A stretch of 64,000 nucleotides of DNA from the human T2T-CHM13v2.0 reference genome, Homo sapiens. Of the stretch, positions 1 to 14,073 are shown piece by piece (within the stretch, counting starts at the first letter, position 1; each line of letters opens with the position of its first letter). The position numbers were made by a program, and so were the translations under genes. The stretch lies in assembly GCF_009914755.1 (NCBI RefSeq), contig NC_060942.1; one strand, given 5' to 3'. A model generated the notes under the pieces. It searched no databases. It had not been told where the DNA came from and saw nothing but the letters and a program-made list of their open reading frames with translations.

Positions 1-432
1 GTTATAAACAAAATATTCAAACATGGAAAGCTCAAGTATAATCTAAACTAATCTAATTCTAACATGATCTATTGTAATCCTTTATGTAGGTTACTAGGGA
101 ACCAGAGTCTTCCCTGGTATTGAATAGTTAAAGGAAAGGGGAAATGGCGGCCAAAGATAAAAAAAGCACTGGGGTGGAGGATTGGAGTTACTGGGGGCAG
201 GAGGAGCAACAAGGCAAATTGGGAGATAGGAAGGCAAAGAAGCTCTTTCCATTTTTTTCTTTGTTACAGAAAATAACCTTTGCTTTAAAGGAGTTACTGC
301 ATATTCTCTTCCCCTTGCCACCTCCATTTTCACCAGCATAATCACTACCATATTTATAAAGTTCTAAAAATGAGCAATGGACAGAAACATTGTAATGCGA
401 CCTACTACTTTCTACTGTTTTAAAAAGCAAAC

Positions 433-1384
433 CATCTTCTTGGTTAAATTAATTAGTATTTTATTCGTTTTGATGCTATCATAAATGGGATATTTTTCTT
501 GATTTTTGGACAGATTATTATTGGTATACAGAAATGTAACTTTTTTCAGGTTGATTTTGTATACTATAAATTTGTATCCTATGAATGGTTGAATTCATTT
601 ATTACTTCTAAGAGTTTTTTGGTAGAGTCTTTAGGGTTTTCTACACATAGGATCATATTGTCTGCAAATAGGAATAATTTTAGTTTTTCATTTCTGGTGT
701 GAGTGCTTTTTATTTCTTTTCCTTGTCTGATTGCTTTTGATAGTACTTCCAGTACTATGTTGAATAGAAGTGGTGAGAGTAGGCAACCTTTCCTTGTAGC
801 AGATCTTAGAAGAAAAGCTATTGGTTTTCCCCCATTGATTATGATGTTATCTGTGGACTTTTCATAATTGATCTTTATTATGTAGACAAAATTTCATTCT
901 ATACTCGAATTGGTGAGAGGTTTTTTAATCAAGAAAGAATGTTGAACTTTGTCAAATGCTTTTTCTGCATCAATTGAGATGATCATGTGGTTTTTATTTT
1001 TCACTTTGTTAATGTAATATATCACACTGGTTTGCATACGTTAAATCAACTTTGCATCTCAGAGATAAAGTCAACTTAGTCATGATGCATAATCTTTTTG
1101 ATGTGTTGTTGAATTCAGTTTGCAAGTATTCCACTGAAGAATTTTGCATCTATGTTCATCAGAGACATTGGCCTATAGGTTTCTTTTCTTGCAGTATCTT
1201 TGTCAGGCTTTGGGACCAGGGTGACACTGACCTAATAAATTGGGTTTGAAAGTATTTCTTCTGGTTCTATTCTTTGGAAGAGTTTAAGAGGGATTTATTT
1301 GATTCTTGTTTGAATGTTTGGTAGAATTTAGCCATGAAGCCCTCTGGTCCTGGCCCTTTTTGTTGTTGTTGGAGATTTTTAGTT
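433..1384 (-). mobile_element. LINE-1 ORF2 fragment, inverted 5' portion of an L1MA-type insertion
   Basis: Antisense L1 RT-region sequence (tacttccagtactatgttgaatagaagtggtgagagt; ttttgcatctatgttcatcagagacattggcc). Confidence 0.85.
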
Positions 1385-3240
1385 ACTACTTCACAGAAAA
1401 GTATAGAATATTGGTGAAAGAAATTGAAGAAGATACCAATAAAAAATATATTCCATATTCATGGAGTGGGAGAATTAGTATTGTTAAAATTTTTGTACTA
1501 CCTAAAGCAATATTCAGATTCAACATTATCTCTATAAAAATTCCAAAGCTATGCTTCATAAACACAGAAAAAAAATTCTAAAATTTGTATTGAACCACCA
1601 ACAACCCCAAATAGAGGAATCGTGAAAAAGAACAACACAGCCGGAGGCACCACACTTCTTGATTTCAAAATATACTACAAAGCTGTAGTAACCAAAATAT
1701 TATGATATTGGTATAATAACAGACAAATAGACTCATGGAGCAGAATAGAGGACCCAAAAATAAACCCAAGCATATACAGTCAACTAATTTTCAACAAGCC
1801 CATCAAGAAGACACAGTTGGGAAAGAATAGTCTCTTCAATAAATGATGTATGGAAAACCAGATATCCACATGCGAAGAATAAAATGGGAACCTTATTTTA
1901 CACCACACACAAAAATCAACTCAAAATGGATTAAAGACCTAAATGCAAGACCTGAAACCATAAAAATCCTAGAAGAAAACATGGGAAAAGCTCTTTAACA
2001 TTGTTCTGGGCAATAATTTTTTGACTATCATACCAAAAAATCGAGCAACAAAAGCAAAAATAAACAAGTAGGACTACAAACTGAAAAATTTTCTGTTCAG
2101 CAAAGGAAATAATAAAAAAAATGAAAAGGCAGCCTAAAGATGGTTGCAAATCCTACATCTGATATGGAGTGGGTATCCAAAATATATAAGGAATACACAC
2201 AACTCAATAGCAAAAAATGAAAAAAATTTTAAATATTCTAAAAATTAGATAAAAAGTGGGCAAAAGATATGAATAGACATTTCTCCAAAGAAGACATAAA
2301 AATGGCCAATATGTATCTGAAAATGTACTCAACCTCACTAATCATCAGGGAAATGCAAATCAAAACCATTATAAGATATCACCTCACATCTGTCAATATG
2401 ACTATTATAAAAAATAAAGAGAACAAGTGTTGGTAACAGTGTGGAGAAAAGAACCTTTATATAGTGTTGGTGGGAATATAAATTAGTGTAACTGTTATGG
2501 AAAGCAGTATGGAGGTTCTTCAAAAAATTGAAAATAGAACTACCTTAAGATCTAGCAAGTCCTCTACTGGGTGTATACCCAAGGAAGATGAAAATAGCAT
2601 CTTGTAGAGATATTTGCATTCTCATGTTCACCACAGCTTTATTGACAATAGCTGAGACAGAGAAACAACCTAGGTGTACATCAACAGATGAATGGATTAA
2701 AAATTATAGGGGGATGTATGTGTATGTATATGTATATACATATATGAATATTATTCAGCCTAAAATCGAGATCCTGACATTTGTGACAATATGAATGGAT
2801 CTGTATTACATTATGCTAAGTAAAATAGGCCAGGCACAGAAAGAAAAATGTTGCATGATCTCACCTTTATGTGAAATCTAAAAAACAAAACTGGCAAATA
2901 TACAGAAACAGAGAATAGTCAGTGGTTACCAGGGGTGGAGAGGTGGAGAGAAAATAAGGAGATGTAAGTCAAAAGATACAAAGTTATAGTTATGTGGGAC
3001 GAATAAGTCTAGAGATCTAATGTACAACATGAAGACTAGAGTAATAATATTGTATACTGAAAATTTGCTCACAGAGTAGATTTTAGGTGCTCTAACTACA
3101 CACGTACACATGCATAGACACACAAATGAGTAACTATGTGAAGTACTGGACATGTCCATTTGCTGGGCTATGGTAACCATTACACTGTGTATAAGCACAG
3201 CATTATATTATACATCTTATTTATATACAGTTACAAAAAA
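1385..3240 (+). mobile_element. LINE-1 ORF2 3' part plus 3' UTR (L1MA9-like)
   Basis: ORF2 relic KEIEEDTNKKYIPYSWSGRISIVK; L1MA-type 3' UTR (aataagtctagagatctaatgtacaacatgaagactagag); A-rich end near 3235. Confidence 0.85.
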
Positions 3241-5119
3241 CACTGGTAAAGGGAGCTACCTGCTACATAGAAAATCTAGAATTTCTACATCTTTGGCTTA
3301 TTCCTTTTTTCCTGTGTGTTTTAAAAGACAGTGTTTAAAACAATAATTATAAGTCATAATTTGCACAAAAAGAGTAAAAGATAAACACAGGAAATGTAAT
3401 TATCTGGCTGTCTGTGATAGGCTTCTTGAAAGGTGGTTTTTAACTACCACTTAATAGATGTGACATATTTGAAACTTTGCTGATTGGTCAAAACTTCACA
3501 ATATTTCCTTCCACATTCGAACCTTGGTATTTTACTCCAGTGATTATCAATTTTTTTAAGGGAATCTAAGAATTATAAAGAATCTCTAGGTCTTCCTTTT
3601 TGAAACAGAGTTGATAACAGCAAGCCAAGGGTCTATCTCATTTTGTCATTGTTTATTTGTTTGTGTTGTCTTCGTGTGTGAAGTTTTATCTAGTATCTGA
3701 CAGTATGACAGGTACTTGGGCACAAAGACTTGCATCTTGCCTCTGAGTAGCTCACAAGCTATTCAACCCTAAAGCCCAAGTTGTGATTCCGTGACAAAAA
3801 TATATTTTTAAAGTCGGCCTTCTTTCCCATTTGGAAAAATTCCAAGCTGAACTACTGGGCTGTACAATGATTATACTGTGCTCTTCAGTAAATTACTTGT
3901 GGCCTCTGTATTGAAGACATCACGATTAAATTAAGCAGAGAACATTCACTATTCATCTACTTTTCAGTGTAGAGGGAAAGATTCATTAGATCATATCTAT
4001 GTCATGCTTTAAACAATTCAGTAGCCAAGAAATATATTATTACAATTTCATTAATCATTCATCTCTGTTCACATTGCAATGTCCATATAAACTTGATATC
4101 CAAATATAACTTGATGTCAACACCATTCTGGCCTCATTCTGGTGCAAACATCAAGTCACATACACTGTCATGTACATTTATTCTGAGGCAAATTCTGTTG
4201 GATATTCTGAAGCAAAGTAACTTCTGCTGATCACAGCAGTATAACTTAAAATATACAGAATTTCACTACAGTTTTTCCTCTCTCAAGTTCATTTTTGAGC
4301 CCAAACTAAGCAAGATAAATTATATAACTAAATGTATTTTTCTGGAGAAATGATTAGAGAATGAAAAATAGAGGTTAGTTCACTGTGGCCTCAGCAACCT
4401 TAGCTGGAGCATCGCTATTGCTGTCCCGTAAATTAGATTTTCAGTGAGATCTGCTACTGCTATTCAGGGCTTAGCCTCGGTCTATTCCATGTCCCAGAAT
4501 TGCAGACAACAGAACAAGCAATTAGGTCAGCTCAGGTCAACGCATGATTCAGCTCTAAATTTGTTAAGGGTTCGCGCTGCAAATAATATTAAATAGTAGA
4601 TCATAGGTTGATCCTAAATTTGGCTTCTTTAAGGTACTCTTTTCCTGTGATTGGGAGGGAATATCACATCTAAGGAGAGGCTTCTGGGAGATTGGGAATT
4701 GGGTCAAATAAAAATCACCTAGGGAGTTTTTAAAGTATATTAATACTCATATTTTTGAGTCAGTCCCCCAGTCCAGTTCTTTAACTTTCTCTACTGTTAG
4801 ATGTATATAATTGGGAAAATGATCTGATATTTTTGGTACGCAGCACCTTCTAATATCAGAGATTACAGAGATGGTTGGGCAGGGTTTTATATTGCCAAGC
4901 TTGGAGCTAAAATAATAGGGGCTTTCTCACTTAGCCAAAACAAACAAGAAAGGAAAATGTTTTTGCTCCCAACTACAGAAGAGAAAATCAAAGGAATGTG
5001 GGACACCAGGAGTCCTAGCAATTACGGTTGCTGTCCATAGCAGAATTCACACTCCAGAGATTAGCCTGGAGATGAATATGCTTTCAAGGGTGGAAGGTAT
5101 CATTGGCTTCCCATATATG

Positions 5120-5457
5120 CAGTTGGGGCTTGGTATCTGTGGAGGATTGGTTCCAGGAACACCTGAAGATACCAAAATCCAGGGATACTCAAGTTCTTGA
5201 TATAAAATGATGTGGTATATTTGCATATAACCTACACACATCCTCCCAAGTACTTCAAGTCATCTCTAGATTACTTATAATACCTAATACAATATAAATG
5301 CTATGTAAATTGTTGTTATATTCTATTGTTTAGGGAATAATGCCAAGAAAAAAAGTTTGTACATGTTCAGTCCAGACACAATTTTTTTTCTGAGTATTTT
5401 CAATTCAAGTTAGTTGAATCCATGGATGTGGAACCTGCGGATGCCAAGGGCCTACTG
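5120..5457. mobile_element. MER2 non-autonomous TcMar-Tigger DNA transposon
   Basis: TIRs cagttggggcttggtatctgtgg / cctgcggatgccaagggcctactg; body catctctagattacttataatacctaatacaat; ~340 bp. Confidence 0.85.
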
Positions 5458-5888
5458 TGTCAATCATCACTGTTCTCTCAAACTACATCCAAGAAAAACT
5501 AGCACAAATGTTACCCACAAAAGTTTTTCTTTACAGTATTGTATCATTGGATTCTTTTCTGTTGGAAAACAGGAAAATGTGAGCCAGTATGGATACATTC
5601 TCATGTTCTTAAAAGATTGTTTACTAAAATAGAGAAAGACCTAGAAAATGATCAGACCTGAAATGCTAATCTAAAACTGAGATGCAGCCATCCAGTTACC
5701 AGCATCTGGCCTTTGGTTGTATTTATTTAATGTTATGAATACATGATGATCATTCTTTCACTGATATTTTTTATTACACCTGCATATTTAGGATACAGTT
5801 TAGTGATGGAAACTGGAGAAGACAAAAGGAGAACATTGAACATTGAAGACAAGAAAGACAAGAGAAAGAAGGTGCTGATGGAAGGTTC

Positions 5889-6698
<810 letters not shown>

Positions 6699-6739
6699 AA
6701 GTATAGATGATTATTGCACCTCAACAGTAATAGTTGATA

Positions 6740-6960
6740 AGAGTAAATCTATAATACAGAGAGCACTTGTCATATAGCAAGCACTGCTAATCACTTTATG
6801 AGTACTATTTCATTTAATCTTCCAAACAACTCTATACAGTATTACTCTACTTGTCCTCATTTGTCACGTAAGAAACTGAGTCATCGAGAGCTTGAGATCC
6901 TTGTCCAGAGTCTCCTAGGTTGTAGAGCTGACCTGTCCGACTTCAAAGCCCAGGTTCTCA
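6740..6960 (-). mobile_element. MIR SINE
   Basis: Antisense core tcatttaatcttccaaacaactct...aagaaactgagtc. Confidence 0.7.
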
Positions 6961-7212
6961 AAAGTGTCACTCTCCCACAAACAAACAAGTGAATAAATAC
7001 TTCTGTTCTCATACTGTGAACAGATAATTTGTTGTGGTTAATTATTATCATCCAAGGGTGCCTTATTCTCCTTCCTGATGCTTTTCTGAGTTCTTATCTA
7101 TTTATCTTCCTGTCTAAAGCATTTTACAACTTGTCCCATCTTCACAGTGTGCAAGGTGCAAAATGGGAAACCAATTTGAACAATTCTGCTATGTAAAAAG
7201 TGGCCTAAAATG

Positions 7213-7412
7213 TAGGGTTGCCACATTTAGTGAGCACACATATACACAAATACAGGATGACTAGTTCAATTTGAAATTCAGATAGACAATACCATATTTG
7301 GGATAGGTATGCTCCAAATACTGCGCGGGATATACTTACCTTTAAAAATTATTTATTGCTTATCTGAAATTCAAATTTAAATAAGTGTCCTGTATTTTAC
7401 CTAGCAAACCTA
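7213..7412. mobile_element. MER53 palindromic hAT-type MITE
   Basis: tagggttgcc...aaatacaggatg...tttgaaattcagata / tatctgaaattcaaattt...tcctgtatttt...gcaaaccta; long internal inverted repeat. Confidence 0.85.
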
Positions 7413-9489
7413 CTCTGAAAGTTTAGTGAAACTTTTAAAGTTTTTAACCATGAAATTAATTTCTTTTTGCTATCTTCCTGGCCATTAGAAGAGAGATCAG
7501 TTACCTACTCTTTGAAAACTGAATATTCTACCATATTTATTTCTGTATCCCACACAATTAACATAGGTAGTCTGTAGATATTTTGGAAGTAAAGGAACGG
7601 CTACATTTAGTCTTCATACACATACACATCAACATACCTATTTCACAGACAAAGATGGACACATGAGTATAATAAATTACAAAAAGAAACCCTGCATTAT
7701 ATTTTTTATGAGTAAGGATGGGCTGTCCCTCATTAACTCAATGGTCCTTTATGGAGCCTCTACTATGTCGTACGCTCTTTTAAACACACAGGATACAAGG
7801 AGAATCTCACAATTTAATGAAAACTAAAGTAAAGAGAAAAATGATAAGATAATCTGGTGAATATTTGCCAATCCTCTTTATTTATCTTAAATATTCTTAG
7901 AACATTTATTCTTTGGTTTTGCGAAATAAATACACTTTAGCAATTTGTTACAGACAACCTGTGATTAATTTTCTCCTTGGCCTCTGCTAAACTCATCAGA
8001 TGTCTGGACTATTGACTGGTGCCTGTTGTGAGAGTTTAGTACTAATTTAGCAAGCCAGCTTTTCCTAATTATTACTGCATCTCACACAGACTTGAGTCAC
8101 AGTTTGGGTTTATAAAGCTTTTGACTTCTCTCTATCACGAGAGACTATTTACTATAACAAATAGTACTTTAAGGTTTGGTCATCACAGAATAGACTAAGA
8201 ACCTTAACACTGAGAAAGTAGATGATTTGAAATCATTGATCAACAAAGAGAATAGATGTGTTCTGTAAGGAATAGTTTCATTAGCAACTTTATGCTTAAA
8301 ACAAAAGCTAGAATCTACTGTTAAAAAGAAACAAAACAGAAAAATAGTCCTACATACAACCCACTAATTATTTTCCCAGAAAGCACTAACTGCATGTAAT
8401 AAAGTCTAACTAAGATTTATTTTCCTAGTTTATGGCACATATGTGCAATATCATTCTATGAATACTGAATACTGTTTGATTGCCTGGAACATCTTTGATT
8501 AATTAAAGAACAAAAACTTCTAACAATTGCTTTTTATGGAGTTTAAGGAATACCTAAAAGATTACCCTGAGCAACAAAAGCACATGAGGTAATGATCTGA
8601 AATTTGAGGGAAATTGCAGCCCATGGTGAGAAACTCAGATGGAACTATCTAGCACCACACACCTTCTAGCATGTGGGAAAAGAACAATAAACACTGACTG
8701 AACAATATAATTATATAAGAAGCCACAGATATTCTGCAGTGTTTTTGACAAGAAGGAATGCAACGGGATGAAAAAGTTAGAGGCGATATGCTCAAATATC
8801 TGCAGGCTGGTTTTAAGATCTGCTATACCATTTGGTGATTGGGCAATCTGCTCAGAGTGACTTCACTGGGAAACGAAAGACCTATCCAAGGACACACAAC
8901 AGTTTTGCTATCCTCAAAATTTCCACAGTCAGTTTTATATCTTCCCTGTTTAATCTTGTTTGCTCATCTTACTAGCCTGGAATTGTTGTATGGGCCCTCC
9001 CAGTGATGTTTACAAACACGGTCACACCCTGGGAGGTACTGCTATCTCTCTTGAAAGGCTCATAATGACCGTATGTCTTTGACATTGTGCCCTTTGGTAA
9101 ACAAACTAAACCAGGATTTTAAAGTGTGGTCAGCTTAAAAAGCCAGTGCTTGTCCATATGCTCAGATCACATGGGGGAACTAGAAATACTAGTGTCACCA
9201 TTTGTTGTGGCTCTTTTACCAACAGGCTCGTGAAATAACTTGGCCAAATGTTTTCTTGTCTATTCACCATCTTCATATGGCAGAAATTTTAAGGTCTCCC
9301 CAGGCTCAAACACTACTAGAATTCAAATTATACAAGCAATCTAGTAATACTCAGTGTGTCCTGTAATGACTTTGTCAATATTTTTCCATTATTTATCATG
9401 CCTTCCCCTCACAATAATTTTGTGAGGCAGGTCATATAAACAATTCCAGTTTGCAGTATAATAAATTAAGGTACAGAAAATAGAAGTGA

Positions 9490-9655
9490 AGATTATAGTT
9501 TATATGCTAGGCGCTATGCTTTGCATTTAAATATATTCAGTAATTTAATATTCCTAACAGTCAAGAAAGTTAGGAATTATTATGCCCACTTTAAAGGTGA
9601 AGAAACTCAGTCCCAAAAAGATGATGCAACTTGTCCCAATAACACAGTTGGGAGC
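9490..9655 (-). mobile_element. MIR SINE fragment
   Basis: ttattatgcccactttaaaggtgaagaaactcag...aacttgtcccaataacacag. Confidence 0.65.
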
Positions 9656-11562
9656 TGTACTTTGAAATTATTAAAAATAAAGGCCCAAATAAAATTCCTC
9701 TATACAATTGTCTTTGAAATTGTGACATTTTGTTTTGTGTTTTGTTGTTGTTCATTTTGTTTGGCATCTACTTCGTGCTACATTATTTACCTAACTTACA
9801 TTTTTTAAGTAGATTTCACTAAAATTGACTGCCTTCAAAAATCCCATGAAAGCAAATCTAAGGATTATATCACGAATCACTTTGTTTTAAAAATGCAAGA
9901 GAAGTGTACTTGCTGGATAAAGTACAAGATTTTGGCTTCACATCTGTAGGTCCAGGGGCATGGCGAGGATGTTTAATCTTAGGTTTTAAGTCCTGCACTA
10001 TCGGTAAGATTTACACATTAGCTCTAAAGGGGGAGATAAAATGAATGAATCAAGTTGCTCACAGCCTGAGGACAGTCTTTTTATCTACACATCAATGCTA
10101 CTGAAGCCCTTCAGGAAGTTTACAGTTCTTCCTTTTTTTCTTGCAGGAACTTCTCTCTTAAGTGTAACTCCTTGATTGAACCCAGTACTCTGTCCATGCC
10201 ATTTCTTTTTTCTATTATTAAAAGAAGAAGAAAATCTTCCATTCGCATTCTTCTGTGAACATAACAGAACCTAACAGGGTTTATCTGGGCAGACCATTAA
10301 AAGTATGGCAAGCAGGCCTATGCATCAGCCATTTGGAGAGTGGCTCGCTGCCCCCTAAGGAAGAATTTAGCAAAATCATAAGAATCTCTTTGCCCTTTGC
10401 CCCTTTTGTCTGAATGGAATAAATCAATTTGAATGTAATCATTTCAGTTACTCTTTCCTGCATAACTTGCTTTGTTGCATGGATGTAAACCATATCAGGT
10501 TAACCCCAAATGCTTCATGGGTACTTGTGCTGTAATGCCAAACTGCCAGAAATGATTTGCTCAGCCAGGATTACACAGAGAAGGACAGTAAACCCGGAAT
10601 GAATTTCCTCATTCCTAAAACAGTATTCTTTTCTCTCTCACTGCCTTTTTTTTTTTTCCTTAATAAAATTGTTCTAGCTAATTACAGGATTAAAGAACCT
10701 AAACCCACATGAAAACCTCTCCAATGGCAACAAAGGTTAAAGCAACGATACATTTGTGTGCTGATTACCAGTGGGGGAAAAAAGTCTTTTTGAAAATCAT
10801 GTCCTTTTCAAGCAATAAACCCTTAACAATAGATACCCACCCTTGGAGAGTAAAAGGCTTCAGGGCTGTACAAATAACAATAATCAGATGAGAAACTGTT
10901 GAAAGCATAAGACAAATAAACCCAATGAGAAACCTTCAGAGGGGAGTAGATAAGCATTGCATCAAAGGGAAAATGTCAGTGAAGCTATTTCACTCTGGAA
11001 GCTATGTTTTTTTCTCTTGAGAGGAAAAAGCACTGATTAGAAGTAGAAAATGTGTGTGCATTTTAAACAGAGAGATGAGTCCTGTCGAACGCCTATCTTC
11101 CTGGTAGCCTCTTGCCTTCTTTGCTTCTAACCCTATGCTGTGATGGTTTGCCAATATCTTTTTTTTTTTTAAGTTGGGCCAAAAAATATTTGTCAGTCAG
11201 GTAGAAAAGTAAATGTTAAATGCACATGCAAATTGAAAATGAGAGAAAATCCATGGTTGAGACACACTCAGATTCAAAGTTGGGCTGTTGAACGCAACAG
11301 ATACAGTGCTGATTTATTCACATTGCCTCATGCAGATGAAAGAAGTTACCAAATAGAAAACGCATAGTGATGTCAAGAATTTCTACTCAGTAAGCCACCT
11401 GTCCCAGAACCTCGCAAGGACTTGGCCTCTGTTTTTAACTTACCTCTTGGGAGTCTTGATTGCTTAGGAAAAATATGAATGATTCTTTGATGTAGATAAA
11501 TGTTTTTCTACCTGATACCAGCACTTACTTTTAATGCTTCTCGGAGTCACTGACTCATTTGT

Positions 11563-11670
11563 TAAGCAGCTTTATTGAAGTAGAATTTACATAACATAAA
11601 TGCACTCATTTTAATTAGACAATTCAGTGATATCTAGTAAATTAATAGAGTTGTACAACCATCACCACCA
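11563..11670 (-). mobile_element. L1MB-type 3' end fragment (continues at ~14045-14073 and ~16332-16510)
   Basis: cagctttattgaagtagaatttacat...gagttgtacaaccatcacca, typical antisense L1MB 3' terminus. Confidence 0.65.
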
Positions 11671-12898
11671 TATTTTCTCTTTCTCTTTGGCTTTCTGCAG
11701 TTTGAATGTCATATGCCTTGGTGTGTTTTATTTCTTATTTATCCTGCCTGATATTCTGAGTTTCCTGGATCTGTGACTTCTTGTCTACCATTAATTTTGG
11801 AATTCTTTTGGCCTTTATTGCTTCAAATATTTATTCCACTCCATTCTCTGTCTCTTATTCTGATATTCCAATTCTGCATATAGTACACCTTTTGCAACTG
11901 TTCCAATAGTTGTTGGATGTTCTGCTCTGTTGTTGTTGTTTTCTTTTTTCTCTCTGCATTGACGTTTGGGACACTTCTATTGACCTTCTTCAAGCTCATG
12001 GGTTCTGTCTTTAGCAGTGTCAAGTCTACTGATGAGCCTCTTAAAGGCACTCTTCATTTCTTTTACTAGGGTTTTGCTTGCTAGAATTTCCTTCTGGTTC
12101 TTTTTTAAAGTTTCAAAATCTTACTCATCTTTTTGCATGTTGTCTTATTTCTTCATTAAAGACTTTAACATGTTAATCCTAGTTATTTTAACTCTGTCTG
12201 ATAATTCCAATATCAATGCCACATTCCAATCTTATTCTTAACAATTGCTTTGTCTCTTCAGACGGTTTTTCTTTTGTTTCATTTTGTTTTTGACTTTTGG
12301 CATGCCTTGTAATTATTTTTTAAAGCAGGACATGTTTTACTGGGTAACAAATCTGAGGTTATATAGGCCCTAAGTGTAAGGATTTACAGTAACCTGGCTA
12401 CAGTACTCACTATGTTTAATAATTTCTGTAACTACAGGTGACAGAGTCTTCAGATTCTCTAGCACCCTATTTTTTGTCTTTCCTCTTGACCTTGGGCTTC
12501 CCAACATATTAATCTTCAGAGAGAAACTGTGTCCTGCAGCTCTTTCAGCTGTCTTCTGTGATTTTCCTGGAGCCTTGTTGGGGTAATGACCAGGTGTTGG
12601 GGAAGGGAAGCATTCTACAATCCTATGATTTAATCTCAGTCTTTTAGTGAGCTTACGCCTTGGAAAATTTTTTCTGCATCCTCTACTTCCTTTTCTGGCC
12701 ACAGCATTCCCAATCTATTTCTTCGAAGCCCTGACTTCTGTTGACTGTGTTTTTTGTTTTTTCCATGAAATAAAACAGGAGTGCAAATGGGGGTTGAAGT
12801 AGGATCCTGTATAACCTTTACCCAACTCGGTTAAGACTCTTAGTTTCTAGAGCATAAGCCTGTTTATGAAGGTGCTGAGCATATTTCACAATGGTTAC

Positions 12899-13271
12899 CG
12901 TGTCAGTCTGCTCAAGCTGGTATAACAAAATACCACAGACTGGGTGGCTTAAAAAGCAGATATTTATTTCTCATGGTTCTGGAGGCTAAAAAACCCAAGA
13001 TCAAGATGATGCCAGCTGATTCCATTCCTAGCGAGTTCTCTCTTCTGTCCTGCTGATAGCTATCTTCCTGCTGTGTCCTCCTGTGGCACAGTCAGAGCTA
13101 TCTCTCTCTTTCTCTTCTGAGAATTTCACTGATTCACCATAAGGGCTCTACCTTCGTGATATCATCTAATCCTGATGACCTCCTGAAGGCCTCATCTCCA
13201 CTGAGGGTCAGGGCTTCAACATACATATTTGGTGGCAGTGGAGTAGGCGGGACAGAATGCAATCCGTAGCA
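12899..13271 (-). mobile_element. MLT1A-type MaLR solo LTR
   Basis: ataacaaaataccacagactgggtggcttaaa...atttatttctcatggttctggaggct...gggcttcaacatac. Confidence 0.85.
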
Positions 13272-13435
13272 ATTATTCTTCTCCTATTTTTGTCAGAACC
13301 ATGAGGCAATGTTTTTCAGATCTTCACCATGAGAATCTGGTGGAGTTCCTGGAGGAAAAGCCAAAAAAAAGTGTGGAGCATCCCTAAAACAGTGATTCCC
13401 AGGAGTTTCTCACCATCGTAATACTTCACATTCAG

Positions 13436-13676
13436 TGTGATGGTTAATTTTATGTGTCAACTTGACTAGGCTGTGACGCCCAGTTGTTTGTTCAAATGTT
13501 AGTTGAAATGTTGCTATAAAGGTATATTTTTAGATGTGATTAACATTTAAATCAGTAAACTGTAAACAAACAGATTACTCTTCACTGTGTGTGTGAACCT
13601 CATCCAATCAGTTGAAAGCTTTAGGAGGAATGATTGAGGTCTGCCGAGGAGAAAGGAATCCTGTCTCCAGACTACC

Positions 13677-13727
<51 letters not shown>

Positions 13728-13760
13728 GTTCTGTTTCTCTGGAGAATCCTGACTATTACA
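13436..13760 (+). mobile_element. MLT2 (ERVL) solo LTR with internal (TG)n
   Basis: Starts tgtgatggttaattttatgtgtcaacttgactaggc; ends ggttctgtttctctggagaatcctgactattaca. Confidence 0.85.
13679..13724. repeat. (TG)23 microsatellite
   Basis: Uninterrupted TG run. Confidence 0.95.
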
Positions 13761-14073
13761 ACTGCCAGCAATTTATCAAAATCATGGTTTTTTTTTTTTA
13801 GTGGTTTTACCAGCTTATGGCAGCTCCAGCAGCTTTCTGTTAGATAAGAAGGCCTTGATTGTATTTCTCTGGATGAGACTGTCTTTCCAAATGTCAAATT
13901 GGAGATTTTCCCTGCAACATCAGTTTTCTGATAAATCTAGGAAAAGTCATCTTTTTTGTTCAGTTTTTTTTTTTTTTTTTCTGTTGTAAGGGTAAGTGTG
14001 ATGACTTCCAAGGTCTTTACATGTTGGAAGTGAAACCTAAAGTCTCATTTGTATAAATGGAATCATAAAATAG

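Larger units (their letters stand above)
11671..14044 (-). mobile_element. Old L1M (L1MC/MD-like) 5' UTR plus ORF1 fragment, interrupted by two LTRs
   Basis: Antisense ORF1-like text at 11690-12350; 5'-end motif tgatgacttccaaggtctttacatgttggaag near 14000-14030. Confidence 0.6.

Noticed and set aside
144-341. ORF MAAKDKKSTG... with YY1-like AAATGGCGGC at 142-151
   Set aside because: No recognisable protein family, splice structure or CpG island; a single motif at the window edge
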